62,009 nt of DNA. Origin: Pseudomonadota bacterium (lineage in GTDB: Bacteria; Desulfobacterota; Desulfobacteria; Desulfobacterales; JBDRRP01). Below, piece by piece: positions 48,272-58,189 of this stretch. The stretch is taken from positions 124,001 through 186,009 of the forward strand of contig JBDRRP010000040.1 in NCBI GenBank assembly GCA_043825735.1. The letters are read 5' to 3'. Under the pieces are notes generated by a model. The model ran no database searches. It was not told the DNA's origin and worked only from the letters and a program-made list of their open reading frames with translations. Made by a program: the position numbers and the translations under genes. How positions within the stretch are numbered: position 1 is the stretch's first letter; every line of letters begins with the position of its first letter.

Positions 48272-48964
48272 CTATTCCAGGTGTATGCCGGACATGAACG
48301 CCCGCGTGCGCTGGAGTGTGTGACCGCCGCTGCGGATGCGCGACTGAAGTGTTTTCAGATCGGAGGGGGTGTCGATATCGTGCAGCGGCGGCAGTGTTTC
48401 CACCTGCAGACCGGCTGCGCGAAGGCGGCCGACCGTGATGTCGATGACACCGGCGGTGCCCCAGGGGATATCATCGGCGAAGACCTGCGACGGCAGGCAA
48501 CCGGCGGCAAATCCGATCATGTAGTACCCCCCGTCGACGGCGGGCCCCACGGTGCACCCGTTTTGCCGGACACCCTCAAAAGCCTCGGCCACGATGCCCG
48601 GGTGAATCTCGGGGATATCGGTTCCAATGCACAGCGCCTGGTCGTATCCGCTGGCAAAGGCCCACGCGAAGGCGCTGTGCATGCGGGCCCCGAGGCTGCC
48701 GCCTTGCTGGGCGACGATTGCCCATTGAGTGCTCAGCCAAGCGCGTATCACGGGTTCGGCATCCGGCGGGTGGAAAAAGACGGCAACGTCGGTGCGGCAG
48801 GCCGCGAGCATTTCCAGGGTGTCCTCAACAAAGCATCGGTATAGGGCCGCAATCGCCTCGGAATCGAGACGGGCGGCAAGGCGGGTTTTCACCGTTCCGG
48901 CAATGGGCGCCCTTACGAACACAAGCACACACCGGCGCAGGGTGGGAGAAGGGGATAGCGGCAT
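48272..48964 (-). CDS. TIGR04282/DUF2064 glycosyltransferase-like protein
   Basis: VKTRL, LGARM, IGTDIP, GPAVDGGYY, DIDT. Confidence 0.88.
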   Translation of the reverse strand: MPLSPSPTLRRCVLVFVRAPIAGTVKTRLAARLDSEAIAALYRCFVEDTLEMLAACRTDVAVFFHPPDAEPVIRAWLSTQWAIVAQQGGSLGARMHSAFAWAFASGYDQALCIGTDIPEIHPGIVAEAFEGVRQNGCTVGPAVDGGYYMIGFAAGCLPSQVFADDIPWGTAGVIDITVGRLRAAGLQVETLPPLHDIDTPSDLKTLQSRIRSGGHTLQRTRAFMSGIHLE

Positions 48965-48973
48965 GTTGCCAGT

Positions 48974-51136
48974 TTACCTGCCGGGCGCATTCCGGGTCAA
49001 CAGGTCCGCGACTTTTTCGGGCCGGTTTTCCGGGGCCATGCAATTGGTGCCGATGCAAACATAGGCGGTGGCCTTGCCGGATACCGTGACCATGTGCTCG
49101 ACGGCAGGCAGATGGCGGCTCAGCAGTGCCCGCACCTCCGGTGGCGCCACGACGACGATCTCGGCGTCGGGGCCGGCGTGCCGGCGTGCCGTAGACAGCA
49201 TGCGGGCGGTATCCGGTGCGCTGCTGCTGCCGGCGATAAATATCGTGACCGGCTCGGATGCCGCTACCGCCATCAAGGATACCATCCGCGGCGCGCTGGT
49301 GGGGTAGGCTGCGATCCGGGGCCCCAGGGCTGCAAACGTTTTTTCGGCCGCATCCGTAAAGCGGGTCTCGTGGAGCAACCGGCCCAGGCGCAGCAGCGCC
49401 GAGGCGGCGGCGGCGTTGGCCGAGGGCATAACCCCGTCGGTGATCTCCACGGCGTTGACAATGAGCTCCGGCGCAAGATTGGCGTCGGCCATGCGGAACC
49501 CGCCGGCCTCTGCATCGAAAAATCGCGATAGCAGCACTTCGGCCAGATCGACGGCCCACGTCAACCACGCCGCTTCCGGGCTGCCGCTGAACAGGTCCAG
49601 CAGAGCGTTCAGAAGATGGGCGTAATCGGCAGCCATACCGGGAATCTGTCGATCGTTCTGGCGCCAGCGCCGATAGAGCTGCCGATTTCCGGCATCGTAG
49701 AGGTGGCGGTGCAGAAAACCGGCGCCGCGGGCGGCTTCCCGGTGCAAGGCGGGCGCATTCAGGTGGATCGCCGCCTGGGCCAGTGCCGAAATCATCAGTG
49801 CGTTCCACTCGGTCAATATCTTATCGTCCAGTTGAGGCCGAGGCCTGTTGCAGCGCACCTGGAACAGTTTTTCCCGTGCATTCCTGAGATGTGTCGCCGC
49901 CACCGGCACCGGTATTCCCTGTCGGGCGGCCACCGAAGCGACGGTACGGGCTGTGTAAAGGATGTTTTTGCCGGTAAAATCGCCGTGGGGATCGGCCGAA
50001 ACGTTACCGCCCGGCAGGACCCCGTAGCGGTTCATAAACACCGCGGCTTCCTCGGGGGCCAATCGCCTCTGGATGTCATCCATTGTCCATATGTAAAAGG
50101 CGCCTTCGAGGCTGCTGGACGCAGGGGCCTCCGGCGGGGGGCTGTCGGCATCTTCGGCAGAGTAAAAACCGCCATCCGTGTGAGCGAGATCCCTGAGTAC
50201 GTAGCCGATGGTGCCCTCGGCGACGCGCCGGTAGCGCGGGTCTTTGGTCAGGGCAAAGGCCCGGGTGTAGATGGCGACCAGCTGCGCATTGTCATAGAGC
50301 ATTTTTTCAAAATGGGGCACGTGCCACTGCCGGTCTGTGGCATACCGATGGAAGCCCCCGCCGATGTGGTCGTGGATACCGCCGCTGGCGATGGCGTTGA
50401 GCGTCGCCAGGCTCATGTCGCGCGCACTGGGGCCTTCACTGTCTGCCGCTGGCTGCGCCAGCAGAAAATCGATGAGCGGGGGCATGGGGAATTTGGGGGC
50501 GCTGCCGAAACCGGCCCACTCGCCGTCAAAAGTTTTCTTCAGATGGGCCACCGCGGTGGTGGCCATGAGCGCGGGCGACGGTGCGCCGCTATTTGCGGGG
50601 GCTGTCGCCTGCTGCTGCAGGGCCGCGGTCAGGCGCTCGGCCGAATCATCGATGCGGCGGCGCTGGTGGGCGGATTGCCACAACTCGGCAATGCGGCCCA
50701 GCAGATCGCGCCAGGAAATGATGCCATGCCGGGTGGCTGGCGGAAAGTAGGTGCCACCAAAAAACGGCTTTCTATCCGGCGTCAGAAAAACGTTCAGCGG
50801 CCACCCCCCCGCACCGGTCAGCACACTCACCGCGCTCATGTAGACGGCGTCGATATCGGGACGCTCCTCCCGGTCCACCTTGATGCTGACAAAATGCCGG
50901 TTCATGACGTCGGCGACCGATTGATCCTCGAAGGATTCCTTTTCCATGACGTGGCACCAGTGACAGGTGGCGTAGCCGATGGACACCAGAATGGGGCAGT
51001 CCCGGCGCCGGGATTCATCAAAGGCTTCCTGACCCCAGGGATACCAGTCCACCGGGTTGTGGGCGTGCTGGAGCAGATAAGGGCTTTTTTCAGCGGCCAG
51101 CCGATTGGTGGCGGGCGCCGGAATGTTTTCGACCAT
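48974..51136 (-). CDS. YyaL/SSP411 (DUF255) thioredoxin-domain protein
   Basis: [36 protein letters not shown]. Confidence 0.94.
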   Translation of the reverse strand: MVENIPAPATNRLAAEKSPYLLQHAHNPVDWYPWGQEAFDESRRRDCPILVSIGYATCHWCHVMEKESFEDQSVADVMNRHFVSIKVDREERPDIDAVYMSAVSVLTGAGGWPLNVFLTPDRKPFFGGTYFPPATRHGIISWRDLLGRIAELWQSAHQRRRIDDSAERLTAALQQQATAPANSGAPSPALMATTAVAHLKKTFDGEWAGFGSAPKFPMPPLIDFLLAQPAADSEGPSARDMSLATLNAIASGGIHDHIGGGFHRYATDRQWHVPHFEKMLYDNAQLVAIYTRAFALTKDPRYRRVAEGTIGYVLRDLAHTDGGFYSAEDADSPPPEAPASSSLEGAFYIWTMDDIQRRLAPEEAAVFMNRYGVLPGGNVSADPHGDFTGKNILYTARTVASVAARQGIPVPVAATHLRNAREKLFQVRCNRPRPQLDDKILTEWNALMISALAQAAIHLNAPALHREAARGAGFLHRHLYDAGNRQLYRRWRQNDRQIPGMAADYAHLLNALLDLFSGSPEAAWLTWAVDLAEVLLSRFFDAEAGGFRMADANLAPELIVNAVEITDGVMPSANAAAASALLRLGRLLHETRFTDAAEKTFAALGPRIAAYPTSAPRMVSLMAVAASEPVTIFIAGSSSAPDTARMLSTARRHAGPDAEIVVVAPPEVRALLSRHLPAVEHMVTVSGKATAYVCIGTNCMAPENRPEKVADLLTRNAPGR

Positions 51137-51196
51137 GAGGCACCTCTAAAAAAATGATATTTAAATCCTTGACACTCGATAGGGATTAAAATAGAA

Positions 51197-51215
51197 AATA
51201 GTAACCATTACTATT
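51197..51215. promoter_or_regulatory. Perfect 8-3-8 palindrome, PerR/Fur-type box candidate
   Basis: AATAGTAA-CCA-TTACTATT between divergent yyaL and cooS, just downstream of TTGACA (51169-51174). Confidence 0.6.
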
Positions 51216-51379
51216 AGCATGCTTTTAGGTGCGTCAATTTATGGATCCTGAAAGCAGGCGGCAACAGCCAGGCGGTGCGTCTGCTAAAGTACTGATACCG
51301 GATTATGACGGCGTCATCGAGAATTGCAGTCAAACCAACGGCAACACATAACCCAAGCCTTTCCATGAAGGGAGGACAC

Positions 51380-53347
51380 ATGCCAGAAGGAAAAGAGATC
51401 AAATCCAAGTTGCTCGACCCAAAAGACGTCACTATTTGTGATGCTACTGCACAAATGCTGGTGAAAGCCAGAAAGGACGGCGTTGAATTGACCTTTGACC
51501 GGGCTGCGGCCATGAAGCCCTGTCCCATCGGTGCCGACTCGGCCTGCTGCAAGCATTGCGCCATGGGCCCCTGCCGCCTCAATGCGAAATCACCCTATGA
51601 TAAAGTCGGTGTCTGCGGCGCCACCATCGATACCATCCAGGCCAGGAATTTTGCTCGCATGGTGGCTTCGGGCTGTGCCGCCCACACCGACCACGGCATG
51701 TCCATGCTGGACCTGTTTCGGGAGGTGGTTACCGGAAAGGTCACCGATTACACCATCAAGGACCCCATCAAATTGGAAAAGGTGGCCGCCAGTATCGGTA
51801 TCGAGACCGAAGGCAAATCAACCAAAGAGATAGCGCTGGAGCTCTATGATGAACTCGAACGCACCTATACCCAGGTCAATGGCGAGATTCCCTTTGCCAA
51901 ACGGGTTCCGGCAAAGACATTGGAAGTGTGGCGCAAGCACGGCGTCGTCCCGAGAGGCGCCATGCGCGAAATCATGGAACTGATGCACCGCACCCACATG
52001 GGTGTGGACCAAGATTATAACAATCTCATGAAGCAGTGCAGCCGTACGGCGTTGGCGGACGGTTGGGGCGGATCCATGGTTGCCACTGAGATCTCCGACA
52101 TCCTGTTTGGCACGCCTTCACCGGTGGCAATCGAAGTCAATATGGGGGTGCTCAAGGAAGATCAGGTCAACATCATTATTCATGGTCATGAGCCAAACCT
52201 GTTCGAATCCATGATCGCATCGGTGAACGAACCGACCCTGTTGCAGGCGGCCAAAGAAGCCGGCGCTAAGGGCATCAACCTGGTAGGAATGTGCTGCAGC
52301 GGTGCGGAAATGATGTCCCGCCACGGGATTCCCCATGCGGGCAATTTCATGTCTACTGAGGCGGTACTGGTAACGGGTGCCGTTGACGCGATGGCGGTGG
52401 ATGTCCAGTGCATCAAGCAGGGACTGGTCAAGGTGGCCGATTGTTACAAGACGGTGCTGCTCACCACCAACCCGCGATGCCACATCGAAGGCGCTCAGCA
52501 TGTCGAGTTCCACGAGAACAAACCCAAGGAATGCACGGACGAAATCGTCATCCGTGCCATCGGGCGCTTCAAAAACCGCAGTGTCACCATTGAGATACCC
52601 AAAATCGTCAACACCGGTGTTCACGGGTTCAGCCACGAATATATCCAGTATATGCTGGGCGGTACCTTCCGCGGCGGCTACAATCCCTTGAACGACAATA
52701 TCATCAACGGCCGCATCCGCGGCGTGGCCGGTGTGGTGGGGTGCACCAACCCGCGTATGAAGCAGGATTGGGTGCATGTGGAACTCGTTAAGGAACTGAT
52801 CAAAAACGATGTGCTCGTGCTCCAGACCGGGTGCAGCCAGATCGCGCTGGCCAAGGCCGGTCTAACGACACCGGAAGCGGCCCACCTGGCGGGTCCCGGG
52901 CTTCAGGAAGTCTGTGAAACGGTCGGCATGCCACCGGTGCTGGGTCTCGGCTCCTGCGTGGACAACAGCCGTATTCTCATCGCAGCATCCGAGATGGTGG
53001 CTAACGGCGGATTGGGCAACAGTCTTGCCGATCTGCCGGCTGCCGGTGCCGCTCCCGAGTGGATGAGCGAAAAGGCCATTTCCATCGGTCAATATTTTGT
53101 CGCTTCAGGAGTTTACACGGTATTTGGAACGACCTTCCCCATCGTTGAAGGCACCAAATGGCACAAACTGCTCTTTGAAGGCCTTGAGGAAATGGGATTC
53201 GGAAAATGGGGATTTGCGAAGGATCCTCACGAAATGGCGCAGCTCATGATCGGTCATATCGACAAGAAACGCAAACAGCTGGGCATCGACAAAGCCAGAG
53301 ACCGCGTGCTGATGGATATGGCGGATCGCAGGGAGATGTCGGCTTAA
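51380..53347 (+). CDS. cooS: Anaerobic Ni-CO dehydrogenase catalytic subunit
   Basis: C-x7-CCKHCAMGPC, GVCGA, AAHTDH, HGHEP, GMCCSG, DVQC, GCTN, TGC, GSCVDN, EWMSEKA. Confidence 0.96.
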   Translation: MPEGKEIKSKLLDPKDVTICDATAQMLVKARKDGVELTFDRAAAMKPCPIGADSACCKHCAMGPCRLNAKSPYDKVGVCGATIDTIQARNFARMVASGCAAHTDHGMSMLDLFREVVTGKVTDYTIKDPIKLEKVAASIGIETEGKSTKEIALELYDELERTYTQVNGEIPFAKRVPAKTLEVWRKHGVVPRGAMREIMELMHRTHMGVDQDYNNLMKQCSRTALADGWGGSMVATEISDILFGTPSPVAIEVNMGVLKEDQVNIIIHGHEPNLFESMIASVNEPTLLQAAKEAGAKGINLVGMCCSGAEMMSRHGIPHAGNFMSTEAVLVTGAVDAMAVDVQCIKQGLVKVADCYKTVLLTTNPRCHIEGAQHVEFHENKPKECTDEIVIRAIGRFKNRSVTIEIPKIVNTGVHGFSHEYIQYMLGGTFRGGYNPLNDNIINGRIRGVAGVVGCTNPRMKQDWVHVELVKELIKNDVLVLQTGCSQIALAKAGLTTPEAAHLAGPGLQEVCETVGMPPVLGLGSCVDNSRILIAASEMVANGGLGNSLADLPAAGAAPEWMSEKAISIGQYFVASGVYTVFGTTFPIVEGTKWHKLLFEGLEEMGFGKWGFAKDPHEMAQLMIGHIDKKRKQLGIDKARDRVLMDMADRREMSA

Positions 53348-53371
53348 ACTGACACCAAATCACAACACTTA

Positions 53372-53409
53372 GAACGGGGTGCCGGCTTGCCGGCGCCCCG
53401 TTTTGTTTT
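53372..53409 (+). terminator. Rho-independent terminator after cooS
   Basis: AACGGGGTGCCGGC-TT-GCCGGCGCCCCGTT followed by TTGTTTT. Confidence 0.85.
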
Positions 53410-53440
53410 GGATCATCTCTCAAAAAGTTGGTTGATGAAT

Positions 53441-53690
53441 AGGGTTCAAGGGGCCGAGGGTTGCGCCTATACGGCTTAACAGCGACAAGGGGTCAAGTGA
53501 AAAACAACTGAGAAAACATCAAAATGCGTCTGCGGACCGAAAGACTAAGGGCCACCTGTATTGAGTGTATGTTTTGATCTGACCGCTAATATATCGCTGG
53601 GATCGGCTGCCGGTCGCAAAAGTACTGGATAAGCGCAATGCCGTTACTTGACTCCTCAGCCCAACAATGGCGGGCAAACCCTTGAACCCT
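53441..53690 (+). repeat. 250-bp element with two nested pairs of inverted repeats
   Basis: AGGGTTCAAGGG / CCCTTGAACCCT (perfect 12 bp) and AGGGGTCAAGTGA / TTACTTGACTCCT (two G.U pairs). Confidence 0.65.
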
Positions 53691-53725
53691 TTTCCCCCAA
53701 TTAGTTGGAGAAAACCCCTCATATT

Positions 53726-55066
53726 TTAATCGATGGCGATATCCGGGTGTGCGGACAAGAAGCGGTAAAGGGTGGCGCGCCCGACATCCAATATCCGGGC
53801 CGCCTTGGCTTTGTTGCCACCGGCCTGTTTCAGGGCGGCGGCGACCAGATCATGATCCAGCTTCACTTGCGGTACCTTGACGGGCGTGCAGCTCAAGCGG
53901 AAATCGCGGATTTCCTGCGGCAGATCCGCGGGCAAGATATTTTTGCCGCGATGTTTGACGATGGCAAACTGAATGGCGTTTTGGAGTTCGCGCACGTTGC
54001 CGGGCCACGGATACTCCAGCAAAACGGAAAGGGCCTCGCTGGATACGGTCAAGGACGATTTCTGGTAGCGCTCACCGGCTTCCTTGAGAAAATGGCCCAC
54101 CAGCAGGGGAATGTCGTTTTTGCGCTCTTTCAGCGGAGGGATGTGGATCGGGATCACGTTGAGACGGTAATAAAGATCGTCTCGGAAATGACCTGCGGCC
54201 ACTTCTTTTTTCAGGTCCCGATTGGTGGCGCTGATGAGCCGGGCACTCACCGACACGGTGCTTTCCCCGCCGACCCGTTCGAAGGTGCCCTCCTGGAGAA
54301 ATCGCAGCAGGCGCACCTGCATGTGTTTGGACAGCTCGGCCACTTCGTCAAGGAAAACCGTGCCGCCATGCGCCAGCTCGAACCGGCCCTTTTTGTCCCG
54401 CACGGCCCCCGAAAAAGCCCCCTTCACGTGTCCGAAGAGTTCGCTTTCGATGAGGCTTTCCGGCAGCGCGCCGCAGTTGATGGTGACAAATGGGGCGCCG
54501 CCCCGGGGGCTTTCGTTATGAATGGCGGTGGCCACGAGTTCCTTGCCGGTGCCGGTTTCCCCGGAGATGTGGACCGGATAGTCATAGCCGGCCACATCGG
54601 TGATTTGCTGAAACAACTGCAGCATTTTGATGTCTTGGCCGATGATGTTGGCGAAGCTTTTCAGTTTGCCGGCGCTGAGCTGCAATTTGATCAGGTCGGT
54701 GATGTCTTTGAAACTGGCCAGAACACCCAAGGGGTGCCCCTGGTCGTCTTTCATCATGGTGACGGTCATTTCGAGCCGCCGCTGTTCACCGGTGCGGGTG
54801 GTCACGTTCAGGGTTCGCTCGTCGGTGTCTGTAAGCTGCAGATCGTCGCTGCAAAAAGAGCACCGCTGGCCGCAGAAGGGCAGGCCGAAGGCGTCGTGGC
54901 AGTCCTTGCCGAGGATATCGCTGCGATCGTAACCGGTGATGGTTTCGGCTTCTTTGTTGAAGAAGAATATCCTCCGGTTCAGGTCATGGGCGATGATCCC
55001 TTCTTTGAGATTGTCGAGTATGCGCTCAAGATTGCGGGTGTTGGTGGCGAGGGTTTTGAAAATCAC
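53726..55066 (-). CDS. PAS-domain sigma54-dependent Fis-family activator (OrpR-like)
   Basis: PAS with C-x8-C-x3-C-x2-C, GETGTGKE, GAFSGA, FLDEV, WPGNVREL, HTH. Confidence 0.9.
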   Translation of the reverse strand: MIFKTLATNTRNLERILDNLKEGIIAHDLNRRIFFFNKEAETITGYDRSDILGKDCHDAFGLPFCGQRCSFCSDDLQLTDTDERTLNVTTRTGEQRRLEMTVTMMKDDQGHPLGVLASFKDITDLIKLQLSAGKLKSFANIIGQDIKMLQLFQQITDVAGYDYPVHISGETGTGKELVATAIHNESPRGGAPFVTINCGALPESLIESELFGHVKGAFSGAVRDKKGRFELAHGGTVFLDEVAELSKHMQVRLLRFLQEGTFERVGGESTVSVSARLISATNRDLKKEVAAGHFRDDLYYRLNVIPIHIPPLKERKNDIPLLVGHFLKEAGERYQKSSLTVSSEALSVLLEYPWPGNVRELQNAIQFAIVKHRGKNILPADLPQEIRDFRLSCTPVKVPQVKLDHDLVAAALKQAGGNKAKAARILDVGRATLYRFLSAHPDIAID

Positions 55067-55433
55067 AAGCGGCAGCCCTTCCCCTGAAGACCGGTGAAAT
55101 TTACCGCACGTCTATAATAATACGGTGTAAAAGTCAATCGGCCGAGCTACGGATCGCGGCGGCCCAGAATCGGTTCCGAGATTGAAAAATCGGCTCAGGA
55201 AGCGCTTCTGAAGGGTTCGCCGGGGGGAGCGGTGATGGCGGATGCTAAAGGATGGGGCGGGCTTCGATCGCGGCTGAAAACGCACCCGATCGCCCTTTCT
55301 GAAATGCACAGAATTTTTTGAGCGGCGAATGAGGCCGCCACCGCCTGAAGCCAGACACAGCTTGACACCCCCGCGCCGATTCCCTATATCTTGCCAGATT
55401 TCTACCGATGCAACACTCCCGGAGGCGCAGAAG

Positions 55434-56231
55434 GTGAAAACACCCGCCGTTGCAGTCCCGTTTCAGATTATCGGCCAGCAGGTCGTCGATGTCATTCAGG
55501 CCCTGGGCCGGGTGGTTCTCTTTTTCGGCCGGGCGTTTGTGATGATGTTCGCCTATCCCTTTCAGGTGTCCAAAATCGTTTATCAGGTTCATTTCATCGG
55601 TATGAAGTCCGTGCTGGTGATCTGCCTCACCGGTGCGTTCACGGGTATGGTGTTGGGGCTTCAGGGGTACTACAGTCTTGTCAAATTCGGCTCAGAGGGG
55701 TTTCTTGGATCTGCGGTGGCGCTGTCATTGGTGCGAGAGCTGGGGCCGGTGATGGCGGCCATCATGGTGACCGCCCGGGCCGGTTCGGCCATGGCGGCAG
55801 AAGTCGGTATCATGCGGATCTCCGAGCAGATCGATGCGCTGGAGACCATGGGCATTGCTCCCATTCGGTTCCTCGTCAGCCCCAAGCTGGCGGCGGCGCT
55901 GATCAGTTTCCCGTTGCTGACGGCGATTTTCGATGTCATCGGCCTTTACGGCGGCTATCTCACCGGATCGTTGCTGCTGGGCGCAAACCCGGTCGTCTAT
56001 TTTACCCGGGCCCAGTCCGCGGTGTTGATCGCGGATGTGAGCGGCGGTTTTTTAAAGTCCGTCGTGTTTGCCGCCATTGTTACCACGATCTGTTGCTACC
56101 ATGGCTATTTTACCCATCTCCGGCGCGAATTCGGTGCCAAGGGGGTCAGCCTTTCCACCACGACGGCGGTGGTGCAGTCCTGCGTGCTGATCCTGGTCTC
56201 CGATTACGTAATGACATCATTTCTTATGTGA
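55434..56231 (+). CDS. mlaE: Mla/Mce ABC permease
   Basis: RELGPV, RAGSAMAAE.G.M.ISEQIDAL; GTG start with GGAGG RBS. Confidence 0.92.
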   Translation: MKTPAVAVPFQIIGQQVVDVIQALGRVVLFFGRAFVMMFAYPFQVSKIVYQVHFIGMKSVLVICLTGAFTGMVLGLQGYYSLVKFGSEGFLGSAVALSLVRELGPVMAAIMVTARAGSAMAAEVGIMRISEQIDALETMGIAPIRFLVSPKLAAALISFPLLTAIFDVIGLYGGYLTGSLLLGANPVVYFTRAQSAVLIADVSGGFLKSVVFAAIVTTICCYHGYFTHLRREFGAKGVSLSTTTAVVQSCVLILVSDYVMTSFLM

Positions 56232-56234
56232 GCT

Positions 56235-57020
56235 ATGGAATCAGCGCTGATCGCATTCGAGAACGTTTATAAAGCCTTCGGCGCGCATGTCGTGCTGGGC
56301 GGCGTTGACCTGCGGGTTTACCGGGGGCAGGTGACGGCCATCATCGGCAAAAGCGGTGAAGGCAAAAGTGTGCTGCTAAAGCACATTATCGGCCTGCTCC
56401 GGCAGGACTCCGGCCGGATTCTTTTTGAAGGCCGGTCCATGGACGATTACAAGAAGGCTGATCGCAAAGCATTGAAACGCAAATTCAGCTACATGTTTCA
56501 GGGAACGGCCCTGTTTGATTCCATGACGGTGTGGGAAAACATCGCGCTGCCCCTGAAGGAATGCTACCGGCTGCCCGCGGGAGAGATTCGCTCCCGCGTG
56601 CGCGATAAAATGTCCCAGCTGGATCTCGACGGGATCGATGCCCAGTATCCTTCACAGTTGTCCGGGGGGATGCAAAAGCGGGTGGCGCTGGCGCGCGCAC
56701 TGGTGACGGACCCGGAAATCGTGCTTTTTGACGAACCCACGACCGGGCTCGATCCGGTTCGAAAAAACGCGGTACACCGGATGATTTCGGACTACCAGCG
56801 GCAGTTTGGATTTACGGCCGTGGTGGTGAGCCACGACATCCCCGGTATTTTTGACATCGCTCAGCGCGTGGCCATGCTCGACGGGGGACGAATCTGTTTC
56901 GAAGGCACGCCGGATGAGATCCGGCAATCGACGTATCCCGCCATTTCTGCGTTCATTCGGGGAGAAGCATGGGAGCCACCGCAAGAAGACGGTACGGGTG
57001 CATCTGGAGAGCGGACATGA
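56235..57020 (+). CDS. mlaF: Mla ABC ATPase
   Basis: GKSGEGKS, ALFDSMTV, LSGGMQKRVALARA, DEPTTGLDP. Confidence 0.92.
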   Translation: MESALIAFENVYKAFGAHVVLGGVDLRVYRGQVTAIIGKSGEGKSVLLKHIIGLLRQDSGRILFEGRSMDDYKKADRKALKRKFSYMFQGTALFDSMTVWENIALPLKECYRLPAGEIRSRVRDKMSQLDLDGIDAQYPSQLSGGMQKRVALARALVTDPEIVLFDEPTTGLDPVRKNAVHRMISDYQRQFGFTAVVVSHDIPGIFDIAQRVAMLDGGRICFEGTPDEIRQSTYPAISAFIRGEAWEPPQEDGTGASGERT

Positions 57021-57463
57021 GACGATCATCAGTGGAAATCGCCGTTGGCGTGTTTGTGGTTATCGGGATCTTCTGTGTCGGGTATCTGACCATCCAATTG
57101 GGAGAGGTCAAGTGGTTCGGCGACAACACCTATTCCATATTCGGGCGGTTCGAATCGGTTTCCGGATTAAAAATCGGCGCTTCGGTGGAAATCGCCGGTA
57201 TCCCCGTCGGATCCATTCATGCCATCACATTGGATCATGAACGGCAAATGGCCGTGGTTGAAATGAAGATCGACAAGGACGTGGGCATCACCGACGATGT
57301 CATCGCTTCGGTGAAAACATCCGGACTGATCGGTGATAAATTCGTTAAACTCACACCCGGTGGTTCCCCGGACATGCTGGGACCCGGAGATATGATCGTT
57401 GATACCGAGTCGGCGCTGGACATCGAGGAGTTGGTCAGCAAGTACGTTTTCGGCAAGGTGTGA
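57017..57463 (+). CDS. mlaD: MCE-domain protein
   Basis: SGLKIGASVEIAG, TSGLIGDKF, TESA. Confidence 0.92.
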   Translation: MRRSSVEIAVGVFVVIGIFCVGYLTIQLGEVKWFGDNTYSIFGRFESVSGLKIGASVEIAGIPVGSIHAITLDHERQMAVVEMKIDKDVGITDDVIASVKTSGLIGDKFVKLTPGGSPDMLGPGDMIVDTESALDIEELVSKYVFGKV

Positions 57464-57502
57464 TCAGCGGCCGCGGTGATGCTGGGAGGAGGCTGGATCG
57501 TG

Positions 57503-58108
57503 ATGAAAAAACTGTGCCTGATCGTTGGATTTCTGCTGTTGCCGGCGGCGGTATGGGCAGGGACGCCGACCGAGGCGTTGAAAAGACCGGTGCAGGAGGG
57601 GATCGACCTGCTGCGGGACCCGGCGTATGCGGATGCTTCGAAAAAAGTGGAGCAGCGCGATCATATGTGGGCGATCATTCGCGAAGCGTTCGATTTCCGG
57701 CTGATCAGCGCCAGTGCGCTGGGCCGAAACTGGAAGCGTTTCAGTCCGGAAGAACAATCTGAATTTACATCCGTGTTTTCCCAATTGCTGGGCAGAACCT
57801 ACATCAGTAAAATTCAGGGACAATACAGTGACGAGCAGGTGGCTTTTATCGGTGAGGAGCTGGTCTCGGAGCAAAAGGCCGTGGTCCAGACCGAAATCGT
57901 CAGAAAAGACACCCGCATTCCGGTAGACTATTACATGAGGCAAAAAAACGGCGAATGGCGGGTCTACGATGTGAAGGTGGAAGGTGTCGGCCTGGTCCTC
58001 AATTACCGGCGCCAGTTCAACACCTTTATGGCCAGTGATGAAACCAAGCCGGAGGCGCTGATCCAGAAGCTCAAAGACAAGCTTGAAAAAAATGAGCCCA
58101 TCGAATAA
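57503..58108 (+). CDS. mlaC: Periplasmic phospholipid-binding protein
   Basis: FDF...LGRNW, WRVYDVKVEGV.LV.NYR.QF. Confidence 0.9.
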   Translation: MKKLCLIVGFLLLPAAVWAGTPTEALKRPVQEGIDLLRDPAYADASKKVEQRDHMWAIIREAFDFRLISASALGRNWKRFSPEEQSEFTSVFSQLLGRTYISKIQGQYSDEQVAFIGEELVSEQKAVVQTEIVRKDTRIPVDYYMRQKNGEWRVYDVKVEGVGLVLNYRRQFNTFMASDETKPEALIQKLKDKLEKNEPIE

Positions 58109-58189
58109 CCGCAGCACGCTGCGATCTCCTGAACGGAGTGCCAGGACCCAAAGCCGTTTTGTTCATCGCCACCGAAAAACGACACCCAG

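Noticed and set aside
29759..53347. Selenocysteine read-through in redox genes
   Set aside because: The redox motifs I checked use Cys codons, and I saw no in-frame TGA at a catalytic position.
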